64,000 nt of DNA from Nitrospirota bacterium. Lineage in GTDB: Bacteria; Nitrospirota; Nitrospiria; Nitrospirales; Nitrospiraceae. Shown here in pieces: positions 41,888 to 52,184 of the stretch. A program made the position numbers and the translations under genes. The DNA is taken from assembly GCA_963701855.1 (NCBI GenBank), contig CAVPBK010000006.1:1376001-1440000 (forward strand), read 5' to 3'. Position 1 is the stretch's first letter, and each line of letters begins with the position of its first letter. A model generated the notes under the pieces. It was not told the DNA's origin. It did no database searches and saw only the letters and a list, made by a program, of their open reading frames with translations.

Positions 41888-42958
41888 GTGCGTAAACTTA
41901 AACTCAGAGAAGGCACCAACACCTCCGTCCTGTTCGGTCACCACGACCGGCACCTCAAGCTGATCGAAGAAGATCTCGGTGTGCGCCTCTCGGCCCGCGG
42001 CGAGGAACTCACTCTCGACGGTACTGCAGATGCCACTCGCTATGCAGAACGTGTCCTCACAGAACTCGCCACCCTTGCCAACGATGGGATGGTGCTTCAG
42101 CCGGACGACATCACTCACGCCCTGAGCGCGCTCCGTCAGAGTCCCGAGACTCCGATTAAAGAACTCCTTGCCAATGCGGCGACTATCGTCACCAAGAAAC
42201 GATTCGTTGCGCCGAAGACACCGACGCAAAAATCCTACATCGAAGCAATCGAGACGCACGACATCGTGATCGGCATCGGTCCCGCCGGCACAGGCAAGAC
42301 ATATTTGGCAATGGCCATGGCGGTTAGTGCCCTCATGAAGAAAGAAGTGAGCCGCATCATTCTGGCGCGGCCAGCTGTTGAGGCTGGTGAAAAGCTTGGG
42401 TTCCTACCGGGCGATATGTATGCCAAAGTTAATCCCTATCTCCGCCCTCTGTACGATGCGCTGTTCGACATGATGGATATGGAACGGGCTGCTCGCGCGA
42501 TCGAGCGGGGCGACATCGAAATTGCGCCGCTCGGCTTTATGCGAGGCCGTACATTGAACGATTCGTTCGTGATTCTCGACGAAGCGCAGAACGCCACGGC
42601 GGAGCAAATGAAGATGTTTCTCACGCGGCTTGGTTTCCACTCCAAAGTGGTTGTCACCGGCGATATCACACAGGTGGACTTGCCGCCTGAACGGGTCTCC
42701 GGCCTGATCGAGGTACGGGAGATTCTGCGCGACGTCGAGGGCATTGAATTCGTGTACTTCGACGAGCGAGATGTGGTCCGTCACAAGCTGGTGCAGGACA
42801 TCATCAAAGCGTACGATCAACATCAAAACCCCGCTCAGTCTTCCGGTCCCTCTTCCGGCGCGGCAGGACGCCGACCGTCGCTGGCGCCGCATAATAAGCA
42901 ACCGAAGCCCGCCCCCCCTTCTGCACCGCTCACGGACTCCTGGGGCCAGTCACATTGA
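41888..42958 (+). CDS. phoH: PhoH family ATPase (YbeZ-like)
   Basis: GPAGTGKT, RPAVEAGEKLGFLPG, MRGRT, DEAQN, GDITQVD. Confidence 0.95.
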   Translation: MRKLKLREGTNTSVLFGHHDRHLKLIEEDLGVRLSARGEELTLDGTADATRYAERVLTELATLANDGMVLQPDDITHALSALRQSPETPIKELLANAATIVTKKRFVAPKTPTQKSYIEAIETHDIVIGIGPAGTGKTYLAMAMAVSALMKKEVSRIILARPAVEAGEKLGFLPGDMYAKVNPYLRPLYDALFDMMDMERAARAIERGDIEIAPLGFMRGRTLNDSFVILDEAQNATAEQMKMFLTRLGFHSKVVVTGDITQVDLPPERVSGLIEVREILRDVEGIEFVYFDERDVVRHKLVQDIIKAYDQHQNPAQSSGPSSGAAGRRPSLAPHNKQPKPAPPSAPLTDSWGQSH

Positions 42959-43521
42959 TGCCGGTTTATATGCAGAGTCAGGTCCGACGTATCACGTTTG
43001 ACCAGGTGAGCATGGAACGGTCGGCACGGGCGATTCTTGCCGATGTCGGGGAGACGTCGGCGGATCTGGGTATCCTGTTCGTGGGCGATCAGCGGATGAG
43101 GAGCCTCAATCGTCGGTATCGGGGCAAGGATCGCACAACCGACGTGCTGGCCTTTGCCATGCGGGAAGCTTGTGCACCTCATGCCTTTCGACAGGCTCAG
43201 GGCAGGTCCGTATCCTTCACGCCGGATATACTGGGGGATGTGGTAATTTCGGTGCCCACAGCATGGCGCCAGGCGATAGAGGCCGGGCGATCCTTGGATG
43301 AGGAGCTTGCCTGGTTGTTGATCCACGGCATTTTGCATCTCTGCGGCTACGATCATGAGCGGAGCGAGAAAGAAGCGCGCCGGATGCATCGTCGCGAACG
43401 GATGATTCAGCGGTCGATCGCGCGAGTTCCGAAACGAGCGAATCGAATACGTCAGGGTTCGACAGGCGCACCGTCGCGAGCCAAGTCGAGTGACGCATCG
43501 CACATTACGCATCATAGGTAG
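42958..43521 (+). CDS. ybeY: Endoribonuclease YbeY with an in-frame repeat insertion
   Basis: LN..YRGKD..TDVLAF, LGDVVIS, HGILHLCGYDH. Confidence 0.95.
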   Translation: MPVYMQSQVRRITFDQVSMERSARAILADVGETSADLGILFVGDQRMRSLNRRYRGKDRTTDVLAFAMREACAPHAFRQAQGRSVSFTPDILGDVVISVPTAWRQAIEAGRSLDEELAWLLIHGILHLCGYDHERSEKEARRMHRRERMIQRSIARVPKRANRIRQGSTGAPSRAKSSDASHITHHR

Positions 43522-43525
43522 ATCT

Positions 43526-44464
43526 ATGGGATGGCTGCAGCGACTGAGTGGCGGGCTCACCAAAACGCGCAACGTCGTTCGTGGATCCTTGGATCGGCTG
43601 CTTGGCCGTGCGGCGGATCCTGCCCTCTTGGAGGAATTCGAAGCGGCCCTCATTGCTTCCGATCTCGGCACCCGTGTTGTGGATCGCGTGATGGAGCGCC
43701 TTAAGAAACAGCTTCAAGGGACCGATGCCTCACAGCCCGGTCGGGTGCAAACGGTATTACGGGACACCCTGCTCGATGCGTTGACACCTGTGCAAGGGCT
43801 GTCGTTGGGGCCCCTGATCGCGAACGGCCCCAAGCCTTTCGTCATCCTGGCTGTAGGGGTGAACGGTGTGGGTAAGACGACCACGATTGCCAAGATTGCG
43901 CAACGGCTCGTGCAGGCAGGGACAGTGCCATTGCTGGTAGCTTGCGATACTTTTAGAGCAGCGGCGATCGATCAATTGCAAGTCTGGGCCGACCGAGTTG
44001 GTGTTGATATGATTCGTCACCGCCATGGAGCCGATCCAGCCGCCGTCGCGTTCGATGGGATTGCCGCCGCGAAAGCGCGGCATGTGGACGTGGTTTTGAT
44101 CGATACAGCCGGCCGGCTGCACACGAAATCGAATCTCATGGACGAACTCCGCAAGATCACGCGCGTCATTGGGCAGGAATGCCCCGGCGCACCGCACGAA
44201 GTGCTCCTCGTACTGGACGCCACGGTCGGGCAGAACGCGCTGTCCCAAGCTCGTCAATTCCATCAAGCGGTCGGTGTTACCGGCTTGGTCTTGACGAAGC
44301 TCGACGGCACAGCTCGCGGAGGGATTGTCATCGCGATTGCCGAGGAACTCAAGTTGCCCGTGAGGCTGATCGGAGTCGGGGAGTCGGTCGAGGATCTGCA
44401 GGATTTTCAGAGCGACGCATTCGTGGACGCGCTCCTCGGGACGACAGCCTCGGCCTCTGCATAG
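43526..44464 (+). CDS. ftsY: SRP receptor FtsY
   Basis: GVNGVGKTTT, DTFRAAA, DTAGR, TKLDGTARGG. Confidence 0.97.
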   Translation: MGWLQRLSGGLTKTRNVVRGSLDRLLGRAADPALLEEFEAALIASDLGTRVVDRVMERLKKQLQGTDASQPGRVQTVLRDTLLDALTPVQGLSLGPLIANGPKPFVILAVGVNGVGKTTTIAKIAQRLVQAGTVPLLVACDTFRAAAIDQLQVWADRVGVDMIRHRHGADPAAVAFDGIAAAKARHVDVVLIDTAGRLHTKSNLMDELRKITRVIGQECPGAPHEVLLVLDATVGQNALSQARQFHQAVGVTGLVLTKLDGTARGGIVIAIAEELKLPVRLIGVGESVEDLQDFQSDAFVDALLGTTASASA

Positions 44465-44583
44465 TCTCCAGTGAGATCCCGTCATTTTCTTCTCCGCCCG
44501 CATCGCCTGTGCTAGGCTGAGACTCCGAATGAACCAGCATTCTGCCAATGCGCGTAGCGCAGTCCTGTCTATGAGGTTGAGAT

Positions 44584-45366
44584 ATGATCAAGATTCTGGT
44601 CATCGACGACGATCGTATGAATTGCGAACTGATCCAGTCTGTCTTTACCCGACATGGGTATCAGGTATTGTCGGCGACGAGCGGGGTCGAAGGCCTGACC
44701 CTCTTCCGCCAGCAGGCCCCGCGAATCACCATTCTCGATCTTCGCATGCCTGAAATGGATGGGCTGACCGTCCTCAAAGAAATCCGTGCGTACGACCCCC
44801 ATGCGCCGGTGATCATTCTGGGCGGCGGGGCAACCGAGGGACAGGAAAATCAAGCGCGGGGATTACGCGTGACCGATTTTATCCGAAAGGGCTTGTCGCT
44901 CGATGTGCTGGTCGAATGCGTCAACCGGGTGGTGCAGCTTCCGTCTAAGTCCGTCCCCGCTCTGTCGGTGGCAGGTAGCGCAGCCGTGGCCGATACGGGG
45001 GAAACAATCCTTGTCGTCGATGATGAGCCGTTGGTTCGCGACCTGCTCGTTCAGTTTCTCAGCCTCCGTGGCTATCGGGCACTTGGTGTGAAAGACGGCC
45101 CCGAGGCTCTCTCGATGGTGGAGCAATCTCCGCCTGACTTAATCCTTCTCGACCTGTTTATGCCAGGCATGGAGGGAGTCGAGGTGCTCAGGCAACTCCG
45201 CCAACGCGAATACGCCGGCGGGGTCATCATCATCACCGGGAGTCACGACGAAGAACGCCTAGATGAAGCCTGGGCCGTGGGGCCGCAAGAAGTCATCGTA
45301 AAGCCGATCGACTTGGAGCAATTGTTGATATCCATCCAGCTTGTGCTCGTCTGTCGCGAATGCTAA
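44584..45366 (+). CDS. Tandem receiver-domain response regulator with no output domain
   Basis: Two REC domains: ILVIDDD...LDLRMP and ILVVDDE...LDLFMP...KP. Confidence 0.9.
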   Translation: MIKILVIDDDRMNCELIQSVFTRHGYQVLSATSGVEGLTLFRQQAPRITILDLRMPEMDGLTVLKEIRAYDPHAPVIILGGGATEGQENQARGLRVTDFIRKGLSLDVLVECVNRVVQLPSKSVPALSVAGSAAVADTGETILVVDDEPLVRDLLVQFLSLRGYRALGVKDGPEALSMVEQSPPDLILLDLFMPGMEGVEVLRQLRQREYAGGVIIITGSHDEERLDEAWAVGPQEVIVKPIDLEQLLISIQLVLVCREC

Positions 45367-45376
45367 AACTCTTCCG

Positions 45377-47635
45377 ATGCCGATCGGAAGCAGAATTGTC
45401 ACGATTGCCTGTCTATTTCTCCTCGCGCTTCTTAGCCACGGGGCTTTCGGCATTGTCTGCGCAGCCGACCCAGTCCTGCCGCGAGTCGTCATTCGGCATC
45501 ACGAGTTATTCGTCCAGATCGTCCCTGAACAACATGCGCTCATTGCGAAGGATCGGCTGACGCTTGAGGTGCCGCAGCAGAAGCCTCCGATTCGTTTCTC
45601 ACTCGCCTCCACGCTTCAGATAGACCACATTGTACTTGTGCAAAAATCGGCCGGGACGGAATCCCTGATTCAGGATGTGCCGTTTGAACTCGAGCGTGGT
45701 CCCACGCCGGAGTCAGCGCAACAAATCGTGATTCCCCCGCAGGTCGCGGCAGCAGGATTGGTTACGCTGGATGTGCACTATCATGGCGTCATCAACGATC
45801 CGCCGCGAGATCCTCGCCACCTTCGATTTGTGACGCCTAGCGAGACCGCCGGACATATCGGGCCGGAAGGCGTCTATATAAGCAGCGAAAGTTCCTGGTA
45901 TCCCGATGTCCCGGAATCGCTCAGCACCTATACGCTGTCGGTCGCCGTGCCGGCGGGGTGGACCGCCGTGACCCAAGGGAAGGCTGGTGAGCCGCGCATT
46001 TGTCCCGATGGGCTCTGTCACAGCGATAACATGGTGGTGACGGACTGGGTCGTGACGCAGCCGAGCGAGGCCCTCACGCTCGTGGCGAATACATTTGTCT
46101 CTTCGTTTCGAGACTGGACGGCCAAGACGGGTCAGAGGATTCGGCTCTCAACCTATTTTTTCCCTGACGATGCGCATCTGGCCGAGGAATATCTCGATGC
46201 CACTGCGCGCTATCTGGACGCCTATATTCCCCTGCTAGGCCCCTATCCGTTCGAAAAGTTCGCCGTGGTGGAGAATTTCTTTGCCAGTGGGCTCGGCATG
46301 CCTTCGTTTACCCTGTTGGGGAGCGGCATCATTAAACGGCATTATGTGCAGCCCTACGCACTTGGCCACGAGATTGTGCATTCGTGGATCGGCAATGATG
46401 TCTTCAATCGCGCCGAGCGCGGGAATTGGGTGGAAGGTCTGACGACGTACCTGGCTAATTATTACTGGCACGAACTGATGGGAGATCGTGCGCAAGCACA
46501 GGAGCAGCGGCGCCTGATGGTGCAGAGCTACAACCTCCATGTGCCTCCGGAGCGGGACTATCCGGTCGCGCAATTCACGCAGAAACTGGATGAGCATGAT
46601 AATGCCATCGGCTATCAAAAAGCCGCCATGCTATTTCATCTCCTGCGCCAGGAGGTAGGAGAGGAGACGTTTTGGCGGGCACTAAAAAAATTGGTGACGC
46701 AGTATCACGGCAAGCATGCAGAATGGCGCGATCTTGAGCGGATTTTTGCAGAAGAGAGCCGCCAGGATCTCCGATGGTTTTTCGCGCAATGGCTGGAACA
46801 GGATGGGGCGCCGGTACTGTCGTTGCTGGAGGCAGCCGCCCGTCCAGTGGCGGAGGCGCCGATGCAGACCTTTCAGCTGGAGGCCACAATCGTCCAATCG
46901 AACAAGCCTTTCCGTCTTCCTCTACAAGTACGGATTCGCATGGAGAATGACCGCGAGCAGATGCTGACTGTGCCGCTGCGTTCCCTCCGTGAGAGGATCT
47001 CCGTGACCTTGCCCGCCCGCCCGATCACGATCGATCTCGACCCCGAGTTCATGACCTTCCGGCGGATCGCTCGGCAGTCGCTGTCTCCGGTGCTTAATCA
47101 TTATGTGACCGATCGGCGGCGATCGGTGCTGACGGGGTTTACGGATGAGCAGGACCATCCCTCGCCGTTTCGGGACGTGGTTGCGCGTATCGAAACTCAA
47201 GAGCGGCAGAAACCGATCGGCGAGCGAACGATGATCGTCTCGCTGGCTTCAGACGGGCTGTTGCCTCAGGAAGGTTCGGTGTTAGTATTGGGCGGCCCGG
47301 AATCCCGTTCGGGGGTTCAATCGATCATGGCCCAGCACTGTGGTGAGCGCGCGACTCTGAATGACAGGGGGGTCACCGTGATGGGGACAGTGTACGAAGG
47401 GCCTGGGCTAGCCCTGCTGGTCAGTTGCCACCGGGTCGATCGTCCAGGCAGTGTCGTGACGGTGTTGTATGCGGCCACGCCACAGGCTGTGGCGAAGGTG
47501 GCGCGACTGCTCTTTTTTTACGGATGGAATAGTTTCGTGTTGTTCAAGGATGGAGCGGTGGCTGCCCGTGGGGAGTGGCCGCTCACGGGCGAACGTACGG
47601 AGGTGCGTGTCGATGTCAACAATCCCATTCGGTAA
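45377..47635 (+). CDS. M1 family (gluzincin) aminopeptidase, exported
   Basis: HEIVHSW...NWVEGL (HExxH-18x-E), GYQK. Confidence 0.88.
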   Translation: MPIGSRIVTIACLFLLALLSHGAFGIVCAADPVLPRVVIRHHELFVQIVPEQHALIAKDRLTLEVPQQKPPIRFSLASTLQIDHIVLVQKSAGTESLIQDVPFELERGPTPESAQQIVIPPQVAAAGLVTLDVHYHGVINDPPRDPRHLRFVTPSETAGHIGPEGVYISSESSWYPDVPESLSTYTLSVAVPAGWTAVTQGKAGEPRICPDGLCHSDNMVVTDWVVTQPSEALTLVANTFVSSFRDWTAKTGQRIRLSTYFFPDDAHLAEEYLDATARYLDAYIPLLGPYPFEKFAVVENFFASGLGMPSFTLLGSGIIKRHYVQPYALGHEIVHSWIGNDVFNRAERGNWVEGLTTYLANYYWHELMGDRAQAQEQRRLMVQSYNLHVPPERDYPVAQFTQKLDEHDNAIGYQKAAMLFHLLRQEVGEETFWRALKKLVTQYHGKHAEWRDLERIFAEESRQDLRWFFAQWLEQDGAPVLSLLEAAARPVAEAPMQTFQLEATIVQSNKPFRLPLQVRIRMENDREQMLTVPLRSLRERISVTLPARPITIDLDPEFMTFRRIARQSLSPVLNHYVTDRRRSVLTGFTDEQDHPSPFRDVVARIETQERQKPIGERTMIVSLASDGLLPQEGSVLVLGGPESRSGVQSIMAQHCGERATLNDRGVTVMGTVYEGPGLALLVSCHRVDRPGSVVTVLYAATPQAVAKVARLLFFYGWNSFVLFKDGAVAARGEWPLTGERTEVRVDVNNPIR

Positions 47636-48740
47636 GTGTTGTGTGCTCGGACTCGTCTGTCTGTTGTCGGGTGAGCAGCAGGGACAGGCAGAGGACCTTT
47701 CGTCGAAAGTTCAGGCGGTTTCCGCTCACCAGGCTGAGCGGCATTTGAAGAACATTCGCCAGCTGACGGTGGGCCGGCAGAATGCCGAAGCCTACTTTTC
47801 CTTCAGCGGGACCAAATTGATTTTTCAATCCACGAACAATTGGACGAAAGATACCCACGAGGCTACTCTCAAGCCGGCCGACGCCGGGTTGGGCTGTTAT
47901 CAGATGTACGTGATGGACCTGGACAGCGACCGCATTCGATTAGTGAGCACCGGCATGGGGGCCACGACGTGCGGATACTTTTTCCCCGGCGATCGCCGCC
48001 TGCTCTACTCGTCGACCCATGCGTCGGGTCCGAGCTGTCCGCCTAAGCCGAAGCGGGAGGGGGCCTATCGCTGGGCCTTGGACGATTACGACATCTATGC
48101 GGTAGGCATCGATGGACAGGATATGCAGCGGCTGACCTCCACGCCCGGCTACGATGCGGAAGCGACTATATCGCCGGACGGCAAGACAATCGTCTGGACA
48201 TCCGTGAAAGATGGGGATCTGGATCTCTATGCCATGAACCTCGATGGCTCGAATCCCCGCAGGCTGACGCACGAGATCGGCTACGACGGTGGGGCGTTCT
48301 TTTCGCCTGACAGCAAGCGCATTGTCTACCGGGCGGCGCATCCCAATGATCTGGCGGAAATCGACAAGTATAAGAACTTGCTTGCCCAGCGCCTAGTGGA
48401 GCCGGGGCAACTTGAAATTTTTGTGATGAATGCGGATGGGAGTGGCCAACGTTTGGTCACGTCGAACGGCGCTTCGAACTTTTCGCCGTTCTATTTTCCA
48501 GACGGCAAGAGGATTATCTTCTCGTCGAATATTGAAACAAAGGGCGAGGGAGGCCGGCCAAGTTTTCATCTCTACGCGATTGGTGAGGATGGGAAAGGTC
48601 TCGAACGGCTCACGTTCGACGGACAATTCAACAGTTTCCCCATGTTCTCGCCGGATGGTACCAGGCTGGTCTGGGTATCGGATCGCCAGGCCAAGACCCC
48701 TGGCGAGTTCAATGTCTTTCTCGCCGACTGGGTGCCATAA
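47613..48740 (+). CDS. TolB-like PD40 beta-propeller protein
   Basis: NAEAYFS; repeated SPDG/SPDS/FPDG blades. Confidence 0.88.
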   Translation: MSTIPFGKCCVLGLVCLLSGEQQGQAEDLSSKVQAVSAHQAERHLKNIRQLTVGRQNAEAYFSFSGTKLIFQSTNNWTKDTHEATLKPADAGLGCYQMYVMDLDSDRIRLVSTGMGATTCGYFFPGDRRLLYSSTHASGPSCPPKPKREGAYRWALDDYDIYAVGIDGQDMQRLTSTPGYDAEATISPDGKTIVWTSVKDGDLDLYAMNLDGSNPRRLTHEIGYDGGAFFSPDSKRIVYRAAHPNDLAEIDKYKNLLAQRLVEPGQLEIFVMNADGSGQRLVTSNGASNFSPFYFPDGKRIIFSSNIETKGEGGRPSFHLYAIGEDGKGLERLTFDGQFNSFPMFSPDGTRLVWVSDRQAKTPGEFNVFLADWVP

Positions 48741-48761
48741 AGCGGTGATGAGTGATCAGTG

Positions 48762-49898
48762 ATGAGTGATCACGTAAGCCAAGACCGCGACTCCGACACG
48801 ATTACTCCTCGCCCCGCACCCCGCATCTCCCACGTATCTGCACGGGTTCGCCTCGTTCCCCTGCTTTTTTCACATGCCGCCCTCATCCTGGCATTCGTGG
48901 GGTTGTTTGAGTGGGATGTGCCGTTGACTAGGTTCATCCGTTCTCTCAACGATTTTCACATGGACCACCTCGCTAATCCCTGGCTGGCTCAGTTCAGCGA
49001 TATCGGTGACCGCCTCGGCAAGGGGGAATCTCTGGTGATCCTGAGCCTCGCGCTGCTGGCGGTCGGGTATGGATTGAAACATCCGCCGTGGAAAGATGCG
49101 GGCTGGCAGAGTCTCATTGCGCACGGTCTTGCCGCGTTGAGCGCCAATATTTTGAAACATGCCATCGGCCGTCCCCGCCCCAAGTTCATGCATGCCGGGA
49201 ATCTAGATCTCTCCCCAGTCAGCGGCAGCGGATGGGATTCATTTCCGTCCGGGCATGCGGCTGCCGCGTTCGCGGTCGCAATCGTGCTGGCTACAAAGTT
49301 CCCGCGAGTGAGATGGCCCATCATCGCGATGGCGGTGGCCATTGCCGCAAGTCGGATCATCCGCGGGTCTCACTATCTGACCGACGTGGCCGGAGGAGCC
49401 GCCCTCGGCTGTCTGATGGGAATGATTGCAGCCCATCCCTGGCGTGAATGGCGTTCATCAGTTGCAATGGCTGTTAGTCGGATGACGCCATTTATTGTTG
49501 CGACGCTCGCGCTTGTCTGGACGATCATGCATCTTCCATCCGAAGACTGGCCATTTCAACAGCTCTTGCGGGGTGGGCTGTTGCTCACCTTAGCAGGACT
49601 CGTGGGCCATGTCTTGTGGTCGATGCAGTTGTCATGGTGTCCGGCCAGTCTGTCCGGATCGCTGGCTCGAGGTCTGGTGGGATTGGGGCTAGGGATGACG
49701 ACGGGCTCTTTGTTCGTCACGACCATTGTGCTGCTCGTCTGTGCTGCACATTGGTTGGACGGGCTTTCTGGCCAGGTTGAGTCCATGGAGGAGAATCATG
49801 TGGGGCTACGGACGGCTATGACGGAGGGTCTGTTCGTCGCGGCCATGCTGTTGGTGCTGGGGGCAAGCTATGTTCTGAAAGGCATCGTGCCGATGTAA
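48762..49898 (+). CDS. PAP2 family membrane phosphatase
   Basis: K...GRPRP, SFPSGH, SRIIRGSHYLTDV; start uncertain. Confidence 0.9.
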   Translation: MSDHVSQDRDSDTITPRPAPRISHVSARVRLVPLLFSHAALILAFVGLFEWDVPLTRFIRSLNDFHMDHLANPWLAQFSDIGDRLGKGESLVILSLALLAVGYGLKHPPWKDAGWQSLIAHGLAALSANILKHAIGRPRPKFMHAGNLDLSPVSGSGWDSFPSGHAAAAFAVAIVLATKFPRVRWPIIAMAVAIAASRIIRGSHYLTDVAGGAALGCLMGMIAAHPWREWRSSVAMAVSRMTPFIVATLALVWTIMHLPSEDWPFQQLLRGGLLLTLAGLVGHVLWSMQLSWCPASLSGSLARGLVGLGLGMTTGSLFVTTIVLLVCAAHWLDGLSGQVESMEENHVGLRTAMTEGLFVAAMLLVLGASYVLKGIVPM

Positions 49899-49980
49899 GT
49901 CTTGTTTTTTGGTTTATTTTATTTGTCTTGTTTGTCTGGTTGACCCCACCAACCAGATGAACCAAACAAACCAGATCAAC
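49899..49980. repeat. 9-bp-period inverted array (hairpin), probable bidirectional terminator
   Basis: TCTTGTTTG/TCTGGTTGA units, then AACCAGATG/AACCAAACA/AACCAGATC; between convergent genes; similar copy at 61795. Confidence 0.7.
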
Positions 49981-49983
49981 CGT

Positions 49984-51750
49984 TCAGTGGCCGAGAATGG
50001 TAGGCGGCGGAGGTGGGATTGCACCCTCTGGAATCGTCACCATTGACTGGTTGGCCAGCAGCACGTATCCATAGCGTTTGAGAATGGGGACCAGTCCAGT
50101 GGCTTCTGCTGGCAACTTCGATTGTGCGCTCTCCGGCAAGAGAATCATCACTCGCGTTGGCTCTTTCAGGGCCGCTCGTATCTTGTCTTCTTCCCCAATG
50201 GGTACGAAGAGTGTCTTGCGTTTCGCGTAAAATACAGACGATGGTCTTAGGGTGCCATAGGCAATGAACTGATCCTGGCGACCCAGGTTCAGTCCTGCGG
50301 CATAGGCGAGTTCCTGCGGGGGTGCGACTACATATCGATTGATGTGTGGAATTACAATCACGATGATGATCAGAACCAGACCGGCCAAGGTTCCTCCTGC
50401 AGCCCAAAAGGCTCCTCCGCGCCGCTCGTCGTTCAATCCAAGATATCCCACCAATGTCATCCCGACTAACAACAGGACTGCAACTAGATAGGGGCCGCTG
50501 CCGAGTTCCACCTGTCCGGCCAAGGGAAACTCTCGCACCATCTTGGAGGCGTAGGCGGCGTAGAGTGTGGGGAGGCAGGCAAAACCGATCGCCAAAAGAT
50601 ACCCCACTCCCATCATGAGATGAATAGAGCCTCGAACCCCTTTCGTCGCCGGGTCTTGCAGGCACCGGGACCAGTAGGAGGCTGTCAACAGGGCGGCGGC
50701 GGGAAACAATGGGCCAATATAGTGGGGGAGGCGGGTCGCAGAGGCCGTGAAGAATACAAAGGTGCCTACAACCCATAAGGCCGCAAAGAGATCGAGTTCG
50801 GAAGTTCCCGACGGGTCTGGACGAGTACGCGCACGGCGTATGAGGTACCAATCTTTGAGTGTGCGATAGAGCGGGACAGGGAGGAGCGCGCTCCAAGGAA
50901 AGAAGCCTAAGAGCAAGACCGGGAGATAGAAGAAGATGGTGCCCTGATGTCCCTCCATCGGACTGAAGAATCGGCCGATTGTATGAGCCTTTGCGCCTGT
51001 CGCATAGGCGTCGCCATGCACGAGAAACATGGCCGCATACCAGGGGGCGGCGAGCAGAATGAACAGCGTCATGCCTGCAAGGGGAACTCCCTTTTGCCAA
51101 TACTCGTGCCATCGGCGCGTCCAGGTGAGATAGAGTGCCGCTGCGATAAGGGGCACGGCGAATCCGACCGGACCCTTCGTCAGCGTGGCGAGGGCCATGC
51201 CGATATAAAACGCCCAGATCCATCGGCGTGTGCCGCCTATCCCATGCAAGCCCAGCCAGAATCCATACAGCGATGCCGTGGTAAAAAAGATCAAGACACT
51301 GTCGGTGAGTGCCATGCGTCCGAGTCCAAGGATTTCCAGGTTGAGCAAGAGCATCAATCCGCCGAAGAGCGCGACGGTTCGATCGCGCTGGTGTACAAGA
51401 AACAGGTAGTGCATGAGGATCAACCCCACGCCGAAGAGGGCCGAAGGGAATCGTGCGGCGAACTCGTTGGAACCAAACAGGCGATACGATTGCTCCATCA
51501 GCCAATAGAGTAAGACCGGTTTTGCGACGCGCAGCTCGCCGTTGAACGTTGGAGTCAGGCGATCCCCCGACTCGAACATTTCGCGCCCGGCTTCGGCGTT
51601 CCGTCCCTCGTCGCGGTCTGTCAACCCCATGTCGCCAAGCCCCAAGAAGAACAACAGCCCCGATAGGAGGAGGAGGGCCAGAAGTAGCAGGGCGTGGTGC
51701 GAACCGTCGGTTGTGGTCATAGAATCATTAGAATTGCGTGATGACTGCAT
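49984..51750 (-). CDS. ArnT/PMT family (GT-C) glycosyltransferase
   Basis: DRDEGRNAE..REM, KPVLLYW, ARFPSA, LTKGPVG, many TM helices; start may be 51720. Confidence 0.9.
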   Translation of the reverse strand: MQSSRNSNDSMTTTDGSHHALLLLALLLLSGLLFFLGLGDMGLTDRDEGRNAEAGREMFESGDRLTPTFNGELRVAKPVLLYWLMEQSYRLFGSNEFAARFPSALFGVGLILMHYLFLVHQRDRTVALFGGLMLLLNLEILGLGRMALTDSVLIFFTTASLYGFWLGLHGIGGTRRWIWAFYIGMALATLTKGPVGFAVPLIAAALYLTWTRRWHEYWQKGVPLAGMTLFILLAAPWYAAMFLVHGDAYATGAKAHTIGRFFSPMEGHQGTIFFYLPVLLLGFFPWSALLPVPLYRTLKDWYLIRRARTRPDPSGTSELDLFAALWVVGTFVFFTASATRLPHYIGPLFPAAALLTASYWSRCLQDPATKGVRGSIHLMMGVGYLLAIGFACLPTLYAAYASKMVREFPLAGQVELGSGPYLVAVLLLVGMTLVGYLGLNDERRGGAFWAAGGTLAGLVLIIIVIVIPHINRYVVAPPQELAYAAGLNLGRQDQFIAYGTLRPSSVFYAKRKTLFVPIGEEDKIRAALKEPTRVMILLPESAQSKLPAEATGLVPILKRYGYVLLANQSMVTIPEGAIPPPPPTILGH

Positions 51751-51777
51751 ATGTTAAGCGGGTTAGATTTCAAAGAA

Positions 51778-52077
51778 TTATGTTTGTGGAGAGGAAGGGC
51801 TGACCGGCGGGTTGGCCTGGCTTGAGCGAGAGATCAGCATAAGGTTTCGAACATAGACGATCGATCCGATACCCTGCCCTGCTATGAAGACTGGATCTTT
51901 CCGATAGATCGCATAGGCGAGTGTGATGAGCCCGCCGATCAGGCTCATGTACCAAAACGAGACAGGAACCTGGCTTTCCGCCTTTTTTTCAGAGGCAATC
52001 CATTGGACCACCCAGCGGCCGAAAAACAGCCCTTGGCCGAGAAATCCGATGGCGAGCCAGATGGTTTCGATGCTCAT
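51778..52077 (-). CDS. Lipid A biosynthesis N-terminal domain (LAB_N) protein
   Basis: GFLGQGLF.GRW.VQW.ASE, P..FWY.SL.GG, D.VFI.GQ, Y.RNL. Confidence 0.9.
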   Translation of the reverse strand: MSIETIWLAIGFLGQGLFFGRWVVQWIASEKKAESQVPVSFWYMSLIGGLITLAYAIYRKDPVFIAGQGIGSIVYVRNLMLISRSSQANPPVSPSSPQT

Positions 52078-52184
52078 AATGGAACCGTCATGCGCGGCAG
52101 GCGAGACGTGTAAGGTAGCCGACTCTCAAGGCCTGTGGAATCTCGCTTGCCGCGGATCTCTCATTCTTCTCGCCTGTCCGCTCG

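Noticed and set aside
49976..51505. 509 aa alternative-frame ORF inside the ArnT gene
   Set aside because: Arg/Pro/Ser-rich with no motifs; shadow of a GC-rich gene
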